NCBI RefSeq assembly: GCF_009914755.1
Contig: NC_060948.1
Length of the DNA: 64,000 nucleotides
Reading direction: 5' to 3' (one strand)
Source: the human T2T-CHM13v2.0 reference genome, Homo sapiens
Both the position numbers and the translations under genes were made by a program. The notes below the pieces were generated by a model. The model was not told the origin of the DNA, ran no database searches, and worked only from the letters and a program-made list of their open reading frames with translations. Within the stretch, counting starts at the first letter, position 1. Each line of letters starts with the position of its first letter. This document shows, piece after piece, positions 1 through 20,086 of this stretch.

Positions 1-411
1 AACTATATATATAATTATATTTTTATACATATAACTAGATAAACATGTAATTCTACATATTTTCATTTATAATATGTAGAATTATATAATCATATATAAT
101 TATTTATATTCTATAAAAAATTTTATCATTATATAAATTATAATATATAAAAATTATAATATGTACTACAAATATATATTGTATATATCATATATGATAT
201 AGTACCTTTGTTATATTTCATAATACATATAAATGTGTATTATGTTATCTATAATTATATAATTTCATATATAAGATGTATAATATGTATCATATATTAT
301 AGATGTTATGTAATATATATAGTATATATAAGATGACACAGGATAAATATTATATACTATGACATATAAAATATATGAGGTTATATGTTACATATAAGGC
401 ATAGCACATAA

Positions 412-726
<315 letters not shown>

Positions 727-1295
727 AGATCCATATTTTTTAAATGAAAAAAAATTTCAAAGGTACTCTGCTTGGTACAATAATCAAATGTATAAACTGA
801 GGAATAAAACATAACCATGAAACCTACTTATAACTGCATATGGAAAATACAGAGGATAATTTTTTAAATAACATATTTTGAAAGCCTTAACTAGTAATTT
901 GAAGAGTTGGCATTTGAAAGGCCAGTATGAATATACCTTCAAAGCAGCAACACATGTTCCCCATGAGAAAAAGCAAACACAGGGAAAATAAAAACACAAA
1001 GGTTCAATCTCTTCTGACCTTTGAAAGACACAGCACAGACAGTGGTCCTTAGGACGAAGAGCAGGAGACCCCTAATTCCGTCACCATGGCGATAGGGCAT
1101 AAACATTGCTGGGTGAGGGCACAATCCACATTGTGAGGTCCAACTGCTGCCAGGAAGACAGGAGTGCTTTTACATAGACCGAAAGGTCATTGAAGGCTCA
1201 GAGTTTTGTTTCAAGAACTGAATCCCAAGCCCAAAGGTTATTAGGCTGCGCTTCTTAAAACGAGTTATGAGATGGGAAAAAGGGCACCCACAAAC
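727..1295. repeat. HSATI-type non-Alu segment of the DYZ2 unit (follows every Alu copy; boundaries approximate)
   Basis: ~570-bp complex-sequence segment between the Alu and the AT-rich block, near-identical in all 14 Alu-bearing units; named from known DYZ2 composition, not from an alignment. Confidence 0.7.
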
Positions 1296-3146
<1,851 letters not shown>

Positions 3147-5274
3147 AGATCCATATTTTTTAAATGAAAAAAAATTTCAAAGGTACTCTGCTTGGTACAA
3201 TAATCAAATGTATAAACTGAGGAATAAAACATAACCATGAAACCTACTTATAACTGCATATGGAAAATACAGAGGATAATTTTTTAAATAACATATTTTG
3301 AAAGCCTTAACTAGTAATTTGAAGAGTTGGCATTTGAAAGGCCAGTATGAATATACCTTCAAAGCAGCAACACATGTTCCCCATGAGAAAAAGCAAACAC
3401 AGGGAAAATAAAAACACAAAGGTTCAATCTCTTCTGACCTTTGAAAGACACAGCACAGACAGTGGTCCTTAGGACGAAGAGCAGGAGACCCCTAATTCCG
3501 TCACCATGGCGATAGGGCATAAACATTGCTGGGTGAGGGCACAATCCACATTGTGAGGTCCAACTGCTGCCAGGAAGACAGGAGTGCTTTTACATAGACC
3601 GAAAGGTCATTGAAGGCTCAGAGTTTTGTTTCAAGAACTGAATCCCAAGCCCAAAGGTTATTAGGCTGCGCTTCTTAAAACGAGTTATGAGATGGGAAAA
3701 AGGGCACCCACAAACATACGTATACATTATGTATATAATAATATACAGTATCATATATATAATATATATAACCTATGTATAATATTGTTTTACATCCTGC
3801 ATCTTATGTTACATATATTGTATAAAATATAATAATTGATAATATATAAGTTTTATAATTATACAATATGACATATAGTATATATTATAATTTATGAGAT
3901 ATATAATATATGTTATTTGTCATATATAGAATATATTATACGGTTAATATACGTATTAAATATAAATTATACATTATATATATTATATATAATATATCTG
4001 TTATATATAATACCCATTATGCATAATATATATATTATGTCTATGTTATATATAGTATAAAACAACATATAATAATATATAATTGTATATATAAAATGCG
4101 ACATATAATATACATTATATTTTATAACATATGTAATATATATTATATATTATATATAATACGTTGTATGTATAATACCTATATTAAATATATATTATAT
4201 GACTATGTTATTAATTACATGTCACATGTGTTATATATTATATATTTTACGTAGAATATACCGGTTACATACAATATATACTATGTTACCTATAATGTAT
4301 AATTTATTACATGTAAAATAAAGAATGCAATATATTATGTATAATTTATAATATAGAATATGTGGAATGTGATATATATAACATATAATATACCATATAT
4401 GATATACAGTATATGATATATAACATACAATATATGATTCCTAATATATATGGTATACAATATATATTTTATGATATGTATTCTATATGTTTTATATTCT
4501 GTTATATATAACTATTTGAAATTATATATAACTGTATAATATTTTTTGTAAATATGTAATATAATATATATAACTATATAATATATTATATATAACTATA
4601 TATTATGTTATATATACTTTTATAACATAATTTACATAAAATATCATAATATAATATATATTATATTATTTCATATTACATAATATATATTACATATCAC
4701 CCAATATAACTAACATACATAATATTATAATATAGATTATATTGTGTTATATTAAATATCATATATATCATGTATCATATATTCTATAATATATATTACA
4801 CATTATGTAGTATGTATGTTGTCTATTATGTGATATATATAACTATATATATAATTATATTTTTATACATATAACTAGATAAACATGTAATTCTACATAT
4901 TTTCATTTATAATATGTAGAATTATATAATCATATATAATTATTTATATTCTATAAAAAATTTTATCATTATATAAATTATAATATATAAAAATTATAAT
5001 ATGTACTACAAATATATATATTATATATCATATATGATATAGTACCTTTGTTATATATCATAATACATATAAATGTGTATTATGTTATCTATAATTATAT
5101 AATTTCATATATAAGATGTATAATATGTATCATATATTATAGATGTTATGTAATATATATAGTATATATAAGATGACACAGGATAAATATTATATACTAT
5201 GACATATAAAATATATGAGGTTATATGTTACATATAAGGCATAGCACATAACATGTAATATATATCATGTATAA

Positions 5275-5566
5275 TTTTTTTTTAGACAGAATCTTGTCCT
5301 GTTGCACAGGGTGAGGTACAATGGCGCCATCTTTGCTCACTGCAACTTCTGCCTCACGGGTCCAAGCGATTGTCCTCCCTCAGCCTCCCAGGTAGCTGGG
5401 ACTACACCACACTGGGACTACACCAGCTGCCACCATGCCTAGCTAATTTTTTGGATTTTTAGTAGTGACAGCGTTTCACTGTATTGGCCAGGATGGTCTT
5501 GATCTCTTCACCTTGTGATCCCCTTGCCTTGGCCTCCAAATTTGCTGGGATTACAGGCCTGAGCCA
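5275..5566 (-). mobile_element. Alu in DYZ2 unit 3
   Basis: Same Alu with variant alleles (GTGAGGTACA, TCCAAG, CCAGCTGC). Confidence 0.95.
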
Positions 5567-7671
5567 AGATCCATATTTTTTAAATGAAAAAAAATTTCAA
5601 AGGTACTCTGCTTGGTACAATAATCAAATGTATAAACTGAGGAATAAAACATAACCATGAAACCTACTTATAACTGCATATGGAAAATACAGAGGATAAT
5701 TTTTTAAATAACATATTTTGAAAGCCTTAACTAGTAATTTGAAGAGTTGGCATTTGAAAGGCCAGTATGAATATACCTTCAAAGCAGCAACACAGGTTCC
5801 CCATGAGAAAAAGCAAACACAGGGAAAATAAAAACACAAAGGTTCAATCTCTTCTGACCTTTGAAAGACACAGCACAGACAGTGGTCCTTAGGACGAAGA
5901 GCAGGAGACCCCTAATTCCGTCACCATGGCGATAGGGCATAAACATTGCTGGGTGAGGGCACAATCCACATTGTGAGGTCCAACTGCTGCCAGGAAGACA
6001 GGAGTGCTTTTACATAGACCGAAAGGTCATTGAAGGCTCAGAGTTTTGTTTCAAGAACTGAATCCCAAGCCCACACGTTATTAGGCTGCGCTTCTTAAAA
6101 CAAGTTATGAGATGGGAAAAAGGGCACCCACAAACATACGTATACATTATGTATATAATAATATACAGTATCATATATATAATATATATAACCTATGTAT
6201 AATATTGTTTTACATCCTGCATCTTATGTTATATATATTGTATAAAATATAATAATTGATAATATATAAGTTTTATAATTATACAATATGACATATAGTA
6301 TATATTATAATTTATGACATATATAATATATGTTATATATCATATATAGAATATATTATACGGTTAATATACGTATTAAATATAAATTATACATTATATA
6401 TATTATATATAATATATCTGTTATATATAATACCCATTATGCATAATATATATATTATGTCTATGTTATATATAGTATAAAACAACATATAATAATATAT
6501 AATTGTATATATAAAATGCGACATATAATATATATTATATTTTATAACATATGTAATATATATTATATATTATATATAATACGTTGTATGTATAATACCT
6601 ATATTAAATATATATTATATGACTATGTTATTAATTACATGTCACATGTGTTATATATTATATATTTTACGTAGAATATACCGGTTACATACAATATATA
6701 CTATGTTACCTATAATGTATAATTTATTACATGTAAAATAAAGAATGCAATATATTATGTATAATTTATAATATAGAATATGTGGAATGTGATATATATA
6801 ACATATAATATACCATATATGATATACAGTATATGATATATAACATACAATATATGATTCCTAATATATATGGTATACAATATATATTTTATGATATGTA
6901 TTCTATATGTTTTATATTCTGTTATATATAACTATTTGAAATTATATATAACTGTATAATATTTTTTGTAAATATGTAATATAATATATATAACTATATA
7001 ATATATTATATATAACTATATATTATGTTATATATACTTTTATAACATAATTTACATAAAATATCATAATATAATATATATTATATTATTTCATATTACA
7101 TAATATATATTACATATCACCCAATATAACTAACATACATAATATTATAATATAGATTATATTGTGTTATATTAAATATCATATATATCATGTATCATAT
7201 ATTCTATAATATATATTACACATTATATAATATGTATGTTGTCTATTATGTGATATATATAACTATATATATAATTATATTTTTATACATATAACTAGAT
7301 AAACATGTAATTCTACATATTTTCATTTATAATATGTAGAATTATATAATCATATATAATTATTTATATTCTATAAAAAATTTTATCATTATATAAATTA
7401 TAATATATAAAAATTATAATATGTACTACAAATATATATTGTATATATCATATATGATATAGTACCTTTGTTATATTTCATAATACATATAAATGTGTAT
7501 TATGTTATCTATAATTATATAATTTCATATATAAGATGTATAATATGTATCATATATTATAGATGTTATGTAATATATATAGTATATATAAGATGACACA
7601 GGATAAATATTATATACTATGACATATAAAATATATGAGGTTATATGTTACATATAAGGCATAGCACATAA

Positions 7672-7986
<315 letters not shown>

Positions 7987-10091
7987 AGATCCATATTTTT
8001 TAAATGAAAAAAAATTTCAAAGGTACTCTGCTTGGTACAATAATCAAATGTATAAACTGAGGAATAAAACATAACCATGAAACCTACTTATAACTGCATA
8101 TGGAAAATACAGAGGATAATTTTTTAAATAACATATTTTGAAAGCCTTAACTAGTAATTTGAAGAGTTGGCATTTGAAAGGCCAGTATGAATATACCTTC
8201 AAAGCAGCAACACATGTTCCCCATGAGAAAAAGCAAACACAGGGAAAATAAAAACACAAAGGTTCAATCTCTTCTGACCTTTGAAAGACACAGCACAGAC
8301 AGTGGTCCTTAGGACGAAGAGCAGGAGACCCCTAATTCCGTCACCATGGCGATAGGGCATAAACATTGCTGGGTGAGGGCACAATCCACATTGTGAGGTC
8401 CAACTGCTGCCAGGAAGACAGGAGTGCTTTTACATAGACCGAAAGGTCATTGAAGGCTCAGAGTTTTGTTTCAAGAACTGAATCCCAAGCCCAAAGGTTA
8501 TTAGGCTGCGCTTCTTAAAACGAGTTATGAGATGGGAAAAAGGGCACCCACAAACATACGTATACATTATGTATATAATAATATACAGTATCATATATAT
8601 AATATATATAACCTATGTATAATATTGTTTTACATCCTGCATCTTATGTTACATATATTGTATAAAATATAATAATTGATAATATATAAGTTTTATAATT
8701 ATACAATATGACATATAGTATATATTATAATTTATGAGATATATAATATATGTTATTTGTCATATATAGAATATATTATACGGTTAATATACGTATTAAA
8801 TATAAATTATACATTATATATATTATATATAATATATCTGTTATATATAATACCCATTATGCATAATATATATATTATGTCTATGTTATATATAGTATAA
8901 AACAACATATAATAATATATAATTGTATATATAAAATGCGACATATAATATACATTATATTTTATAACATATGTAATATATATTATATATTATATATAAT
9001 ACGTTGTATGTATAATACCTATATTAAATATATATTATATGACTATGTTATTAATTACATGTCACATGTGTTATATATTATATATTTTACGTAGAATATA
9101 CCGGTTACATACAATATATACTATGTTACCTATAATGTATAATTTATTACATGTAAAATAAAGAATGCAATATATTATGTATAATTTATAATATAGAATA
9201 TGTGGAATGTGATATATATAACATATAATATACCATATATGATATACAGTATATGATATATAACATACAATATATGATTCCTAATATATATGGTATACAA
9301 TATATATTTTATGATATGTATTCTATATGTTTTATATTCTGTTATATATAACTATTTGAAATTATATATAACTGTATAATATTTTTTGTAAATATGTAAT
9401 ATAATATATATAACTATATAATATATTATATATAACTATATATTATGTTATATATACTTTTATAACATAATTTACATAAAATATCATAATATAATATATA
9501 TTATATTATTTCATATTACATAATATATATTACATATCACCCAATATAACTAACATACATAATATTATAATATAGATTATATTGTGTTATATTAAATATC
9601 ATATATATCATGTATCATATATTCTATAATATATATTACACATTATATAATATGTATGTTGTCTATTATGTGATATATATAACTATATATATAATTATAT
9701 TTTTATACATATAACTAGATAAACATGTAATTCTACATATTTTCATTTATAATATGTAGAATTATATAATCATATATAATTATTTATATTCTATAAAAAA
9801 TTTTATCATTATATAAATTATAATATATAAAAATTATAATATGTACTACAAATATATATTGTATATATCATATATGATATAGTACCTTTGTTATATTTCA
9901 TAATACATATAAATGTGTATTATGTTATCTATAATTATATAATTTCATATATAAGATGTATAATATGTATCATATATTATAGATGTTATGTAATATATAT
10001 AGTATATATAAGATGACACAGGATAAATATTATATACTATGACATATAAAATATATGAGGTTATATGTTACATATAAGGCATAGCACATAA

Positions 10092-10406
<315 letters not shown>

Positions 10407-12511
10407 AGATCCATATTTTTTAAATGAAAAAAAATTTCAAAGGTACTCTGCTTGGTACAATAATCAAATGTATAAACTGAGGAATAAAACATAACCATGA
10501 AACCTACTTATAACTGCATATGGAAAATACAGAGGATAATTTTTTAAATAACATATTTTGAAAGCCTTAACTAGTAATTTGAAGAGTTGGCATTTGAAAG
10601 GCCAGTATGAATATACCTTCAAAGCAGCAACACATGTTCCCCATGAGAAAAAGCAAACACAGGGAAAATAAAAACACAAAGGTTCAATCTCTTCTGACCT
10701 TTGAAAGACACAGCACAGACAGTGGTCCTTAGGACGAAGAGCAGGAGACCCCTAATTCCGTCACCATGGCGATAGGGCATAAACATTGCTGGGTGAGGGC
10801 ACAATCCACATTGTGAGGTCCAACTGCTGCCAGGAAGACAGGAGTGCTTTTACATAGACCGAAAGGTCATTGAAGGCTCAGAGTTTTGTTTCAAGAACTG
10901 AATCCCAAGCCCAAAGGTTATTAGGCTGCGCTTCTTAAAACGAGTTATGAGATGGGAAAAAGGGCACCCACAAACATACGTATACATTATGTATATAATA
11001 ATATACAGTATCATATATATAATATATATAACCTATGTATAATATTGTTTTACATCCTGCATCTTATGTTACATATATTGTATAAAATATAATAATTGAT
11101 AATATATAAGTTTTATAATTATACAATATGACATATAGTATATATTATAATTTATGAGATATATAATATATGTTATTTGTCATATATAGAATATATTATA
11201 CGGTTAATATACGTATTAAATATAAATTATACATTATATATATTATATATAATATATCTGTTATATATAATACCCATTATGCATAATATATATATTATGT
11301 CTATGTTATATATAGTATAAAACAACATATAATAATATATAATTGTATATATAAAATGCGACATATAATATACATTATATTTTATAACATATGTAATATA
11401 CATTATATATTATATATAATACGTTGTATGTATAATACCTATATTAAATATATATTATATGACTATGTTATTAATTACATGTCACATGTGTTATATATTA
11501 TATATTTTACGTAGAATATACCGGTTACATACAATATATACTATGTTACCTATAATGTATAATTTATTACATGTAAAATAAAGAATGCAATATATTATGT
11601 ATAATTTATAATATACCATATGTGGAATGTGATATATATAACATATAATATATGATATATGATATACAGTATATGATATATAACATACAATATATGATTC
11701 CTAATATATATGGTATAAAATATATATTTTATGATATGTATTCTATATGTTTTATATTCTGTTATATATAACTATTTGAAATTATAAATAACTGTATAAT
11801 ATTTTATGTAAATATGTAATATAATATATATAACTATATAATATATTATATATAACTATATATTATGTTATATATACTTTTATAACATAATTTACATAAA
11901 ATATCATAATATAATATATATTATATTATTTCATATTACATAATATATATTACATATCACCCAATATAACTAACATACATAATATTATAATATAGATTAT
12001 ATTGTGTTATATTAAATATCATATATATCATGTATCATATATTCTATAATATATATTACACATTATGTAGTATGTATGTTGTCTATTATGTGATATATAT
12101 AACTATATATATAATTATATTTTTATACATATAACTAGATAAACATGTAATTCTACATATTTTCATTTATAATATGTAGAATTATATAATCATATATAAT
12201 TATTTATATTCTATAAAAAATTTTATCATTATATAAATTATAATATATAAAAATTATAATATGTACTACAAATATATATATTATATATCATATATGATAT
12301 AGTACCTTTGTTATATATCATAATACATATAAATGTGTATTATGTTATCTATAATTATATAATTTCATATATAAGATGTATAATATGTATCATATATTAT
12401 AGATGTTATGTAATATATATAGTATATATAAGATGACACAGGATAAATATTATATACTATGACATATAAAATATATGAGGTTATATGTTACATATAAGGC
12501 ATAGCACATAA

Positions 12512-12826
<315 letters not shown>

Positions 12827-14931
12827 AGATCCATATTTTTTAAATGAAAAAAAATTTCAAAGGTACTCTGCTTGGTACAATAATCAAATGTATAAACTGA
12901 GGAATAAAACATAACCATGAAACCTACTTATAACTGCATATGGAAAATACAGAGGATAATTTTTTAAATAACATATTTTGAAAGCCTTAAGTAGTAATTT
13001 GAAGAGTTGGCATTTGAAAGGCCAGTATGAATATACCTTCAAAGCAGCAACACATGTTCCCCATGAGAAAAAGCAAACACAGGGAAAATAAAAACACAAA
13101 GGTTCAATCTCTTCTGACCTTTGAAAGACACAGCACAGACAGTGGTCCTTAGGACGAAGAGCAGGAGACCCCTAATTCCGTCACCATGGCGATAGGGCAT
13201 AAACATTGCTGGGTGAGGGCACAATCCACATTGTGAGGTCCAACTGCTGCCAGGAAGACAGGAGTGCTTTTACATAGACCGAAAGGTCATTGAAGGCTCA
13301 GAGTTTTGTTTCAAGAACTGAATCCCAAGCCCACAGGTTATTAGGCTGCGCTTCTTAAAACGAGTTATGAGATGGGAAAAAGGGCAACCACAAACATACG
13401 TATACATTATGTATATAATAATATACAGTATCATATATATAATATATATAACCTATGTATAATATTGTTTTACATCCTGCATCTTATGTTATATATATTG
13501 TATAAAATATAATAATTGATAATATATAAGTTTTATAATTATACAATATGACATATAGTATATATTATAATTTATGAGATATATAATATATGTTATATGT
13601 CATATATAGAATATATTATACGGTTAATATACGTATTAAATATAAATTATACATTATATATATTATATATAATATATCTGTTATATATAATACCCATTAT
13701 GCATAATATATATATTATGTCTATGTTATATATAGTATAAAACAACATATAATAATATATAATTGTATATATAAAATGCGACATATAATATATATTATAT
13801 TTTATAACATATGTAATATATATTATATATTATATATAATACGTTGTATGTATAATACCTATATTAAATATATATTATATGACTATGTTATTAATTACAT
13901 GTCACATGTGTTATATATTATATATTTTACATAGAATATACCGGTTACATACAATATATACTATGTTACCTATAATGTATAATTTATTACATGTAAAATA
14001 AAGAATGCAATATATTATGTATAATTTATAATATACCATATGTGGAATGTGATATATATAACATATAATATATGATATATGATATACAGTATATGATATA
14101 TAACATACAATATAAGATTCCTAATATATATGGTATACAATATATATTTTATGATATGTATTCTATATGTTTTATATTCTGTTATATATAACTATTTGAA
14201 ATTATAAATAACTGTATAATATTTTATGTAAATATGTAATATAATATATATAACTATATAATATATTATATATAACTATATATTATGTTATATATACTTT
14301 TATAACATAATTTACATAAAATATCATAATATAATATATATTATATTATTTCATATTACATAATATATATTACATATCACCCAATATAACTAACATAGAT
14401 AATATTATAATATAGATTATATTGTGTTATATTAAATATCATATATATCATGTATCATATATTCTATAATATATATTACACATTATATAATATGTATGTT
14501 TTCTATTATGTGATATATATAACTATATATATAGTTATATTTTTATACATATAACTAGATAAACATGTAATTCTACATATTTTCATTTATAATATGTAGA
14601 ATTATATAATCATATATAATTATTTATATTCTATAAAAAATTTTATCATTATATAAATTATAATATATAAAAATTATAATATGTACTACAAATATATATA
14701 TTATATATCATATATGATATAGTACCTTTGTTATATATCATAATACATATAAATGTGTATTATGTTATCTATAATTATATAATTTCATATATAAGATGTA
14801 TAATATGTATCATATATTATATATGTTATGTAATATATATAGTATATATAAGATGACACAGGATAAATATTATATACTATGACATATAAAATATATCAGG
14901 TTATATGTTACATATAAGGCATAGCACATAA

Positions 14932-15246
<315 letters not shown>

Positions 15247-17374
15247 AGATCCGTATTTTTTAAATGAAAAAAAATTTCAAAGGTACTCTGCTTGGTACAA
15301 TAATCAAATGTATAAACTGAGGAATAAAACATAACCATGAAACCTACTTATAACTGCATATGGAAAATACAGAGGATAATTTTTTAAATAACATATTTTG
15401 AAAGCCTTAAGTAGTAATTTGAAGAGTTGGCATTTGAAAGGCCAGTATGAATATACCTTCAAAGCAGCAACACATGTTCCCCATGAGAAAAAGCAAACAC
15501 AGGGAAAATAAAAACACAAAGGTTCAATCTCTTCTGACCTTTGAAAGACACAGCACAGACAGTGGTCCTTAGGACGAAGAGCAGGAGACCCCTAATTCCG
15601 TCACCATGGCGATAGGGCATAAACATTGCTGGGTGAGGGCACAATCCACATTGTGAGGTCCAACTGCTGCCAGGAAGACAGGAGTGCTTTTACATAGACC
15701 GAAAGGTCATTGAAGGCTCAGAGTTTTGTTTCAAGAACTGAATCCCAAGCCCACAGGTTATTAGGCTGCGCTTCTTAAAACGAGTTATGAGATGGGAAAA
15801 AGGGCAACCACAAACATACGTATACATTATGTATATAATAATATACAGTATCATATATATAATATATATAACCTATGTATAATATTGTTTTACATCCTGC
15901 ATCTTATGTTATATATATTGTATAAAATATAATAATTGATAATATATAAGTTTTATAATTATACAATATGACATATAGTATATATTATAATTTATGAGAT
16001 ATATAATATATGTTATATGTCATATATAGAATATATTATACGGTTAATATACGTATTAAATATAAATTATACATTATATATATTATATATAATATATCTG
16101 TTATATATAATACCCATTATGCATAATATATATATTATGTCTATGTTATATATAGTATAAAACAACATATAATAATATATAATTGTATATATAAAATGCG
16201 ACATATAATATATATTATATTTTATAACATATGTAATATATATTATATATTATATATAATACGTTGTATGTATAATACCTATATTAAATATATATTATAT
16301 GACTATGTTATTAATTACATGTCACATGTGTTATATATTATATATTTTACATAGAATATACCGGTTACATACAATATATACTATGTTACCTATAATGTAT
16401 AATTTATTACATGTAAAATAAAGAATGCAATATATTATGTATAATTTATAATATACCATATGTGGAATGTGATATATATAACATATAATATATGATATAT
16501 GATATACAGTATATGATATATAACATACAATATATGATTCCTAATATATATGGTATACAATATATATTTTATGATATGTATTCTATATGTTTTATATTCT
16601 GTTATATATAACTATTTGAAATTATAAATAACTGTATAATATTTTATGTAAATATGTAATATAATATATATAACTATATAATATATTATATATAACTATA
16701 TATTATGTTATATATACTTTTATAACATAATTTACATAAAATATCATAATATAATATATATTATATTATTTCATATTACATAATATATATTACATATCAC
16801 CCAATATAACTAACATAGATAATATTATAATATAGATTATATTGTGTTATATTAAATATCATATATATCATGTATCATATATTCTATAATATATATTACA
16901 CATTATATAATATGTATGTTTTCTATTATGTGATATATATAACTATATATATAGTTATATTTTTATACATATAACTAGATAAACATGTAATTCTACATAT
17001 TTTCATTTATAATATGTAGAATTATATAATCATATATAATTATTTATATTCTATAAAAAATTTTATCATTATATAAATTATAATATATAAAAATTATAAT
17101 ATGTACTACAAATATATATATTATATATCATATATGATATAGTACCTTTGTTATATATCATAATACATATAAATGTGTATTATGTTATCTATAATTATAT
17201 AATTTCATATATAAGATGTATAATATGTATCATATATTATATATGTTATGTAATATATATAGTATATATAAGATGACACAGGATAAATATTATATACCAT
17301 GACATATAAAATATATCAGGTTATATGTTACATATAAGGCATAGCACATAACATGTAATATGTATCATATATAA

Positions 17375-17666
17375 TTTTTTTTTAGACAGAATCTTGTCCT
17401 GTTGCACAGGGTGTGGTACAATGGCGCCATCTTTGCTCACTGCAACTTCTGCCTCACGGGTCCAAGCGATTGTCCTCCCTCAGCCTCCCAGGTAGCTGGG
17501 ACTACACCACACTGGGACTACACCAGCTGCCACCATGCCTAGCTAATTATTTGGATTTTTAGTAGTGACAGCGTTTCACTGTATTGGCCAGGATGGTCTT
17601 GATCTCTTCACCTTGTGATCCCCTTGCCTTGGCCTCCAAATTTGCTGGGATTACAGGCCTGAGGCA
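17375..17666 (-). mobile_element. Alu in DYZ2 unit 8
   Basis: Same Alu, offset 16940. Confidence 0.95.
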
Positions 17667-19794
17667 AGATCCGTATTTTTTAAATGAAAAAAAATTTCAA
17701 AGGTACTCTGCTTGGTACAATAATCAAATGTATAAACTGAGGAATAAAACATAACCATGAAACCTACTTATAACTGCATAGGGAAAATACAGAGGATAAT
17801 TTTTTAAATAACATATTTTGAAAGCCTTAACTAGTAATTTGAAGAGCTGGCATTTGAAAGGCCAGTATGAATATACCTTCAAAGCAGCAACACAGGTTCC
17901 CCATGAGAAAAAGCAAACACAGGGAAAATAAAAACACAAAGGTTCAATCTCTTCTGACCTTTGAAAGACACAGCACAGACAGTGGTCCTTAGGACGAAGA
18001 GCAGGAGACCCCTAATTCCGTCACCATGGCGATAGGGCATAAACATTGCTGGGTGAGGGCACAATCCACATTGTGAGGTCCAACTGCTGCCAGGAAGACA
18101 GGAGTGCTTTTACATAGACCGAAAGGTCATTGAAGGCTCAGAGTTTTGTTTCAAGAACTGAATCCCAAGCCCACACGTTATTAGGCTGCGCTTCTTAAAA
18201 CAAGTTATGAGATGGGAAAAAGGGCACCCACAAACATACGTATACATTATGTATATAATAATATACAGTATCATATATATAATATATATAACCTATGTAT
18301 AATATTGTTTTACATCCTGCATCTTATGTTATATATATTGTATAAAATATAATAATTGATAATATATAAGTTATATAATTATACAATATGACATATAGTA
18401 TATATTATAATTTATGACATATAAAATATATGTTATATGTCATATATAGAATATATTATACGGTTAATATACGTATTAAATATAAATTATACATTATATA
18501 TATTATATATAATATATCTGTTATATATAATACCCATTATGCATAATATATATATTATGTCTATGTTATATATAGTATAAAACAACATATAATAATATAT
18601 AATTGTATATATAAAATGCGACATATAGTATATATTATATTTTATAACATATGTAATATATATTATATATTATATATAATACGTTGTATGTATAATACCT
18701 ATATTAAATATATAATATATGACTATGTTATTAATTACATGTCACATATGTTATATATTATATATTTTACATAGAATATACCGGTTACATACAATATATA
18801 CTATGTTACCTATAATGTATAATTTATTACATGTAAAATAAAGAATGCAATATATTATGTAAAATTTATAATATACCATATGTGGAATGTGATATATATA
18901 ACATATAATATATGATATATGATATACAGTATATGATATATAACATACAATATATGATTCCTAATATATATGGTATACAATATATATTTTATGATATGTA
19001 TTCTATATGTTTTATATTCTGTTATATATAACTATTTGAAATTATATATAACTGTATAATATTTTATGTAAATATGTAATATAATATATATAACTATATA
19101 ATATATTATATATAACTATATATTATGTTATATATACTTTTATAACATAATTTACATAAAATATCATAATATAATATATATTATATTATTTCATATTACA
19201 TAATATATATTACATATCACCCAATATAACTAACATACATAATATTATAATATAGATTATATTGTGTTATATTAAATATCATATATATCATGTATCATAT
19301 ATTCTATAATATATATTACACATTATATAATATGTATGTTGTCTATTATGTGATATATATAACTATATATATAATTATATTTTTATACATATAACTAGAT
19401 TAAAATGTAATTCTACATATTTTCATTTATAATATGTAGAATTATATAATCATATATAATTATTTATATTCTATAAAAAATTTTATCATTATATAAATTA
19501 TAATATATAAAAATTATAATATGTACTACAAATATATATATTATATATCATATATGATATAGTACCTTTGTTATATATCATAATACATATAAATGTGTAT
19601 TATGGTATCTATAATTATATAATTTCATATATAAGATGTATAATATGTATCATATATTATATAAGTTATGTAATATATATAGTATATATAAGATGACACA
19701 GGATAAATATTATATACTATGACATATAAAATATATGAGGTTATATGTTACATATAAGGCATAGCACATAACATGTAATATATATCATATATAA

Positions 19795-20086
19795 TTTTTT
19801 TTTAGACAGAATCTTGTCCTGTTGCACAGGGTGGGGTTCAATGGCGCCATCTTTGCTCACTGCAACTTCTGCCTCACGGGTCCAAGCGATTGTCCTCCCT
19901 CAGCCTCCCAGGTAGCTGGGACTACACCACACTGGGACTACACCAGCTGCCACCATGCCTAGCTAATTTTTTGGATTTTTAGTAGTGACAGCGTTTCACT
20001 GTATTGGCCAGGATGGTCTTGATCTCTTCACCTTGTGATCCCCTTGCCTTGGCCTCCAAATTTGCTGGGATTACAGGCCTGAGCCA
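19795..20086 (-). mobile_element. Alu in DYZ2 unit 9
   Basis: Same Alu, offset 19360. Confidence 0.95.

Noticed and set aside
1080-1093. Imperfect palindrome GTCACCATGGCGAT with a Kozak-like ACCATGG
   Set aside because: The ATG frame stops after two codons (ATG GCG ATA GGG... gives no ORF of 60 aa or more in the track), and the palindrome is short enough to be chance
784-1124. Recurrent 71-aa and 61-aa minus-strand ORFs in each DYZ2 unit
   Set aside because: They recur only because the DNA is tandemly repeated. They use non-ATG starts, have no recognisable domain, are frameshifted in unit 9 (1-bp deletion at ~20320) and are altered in edge units.
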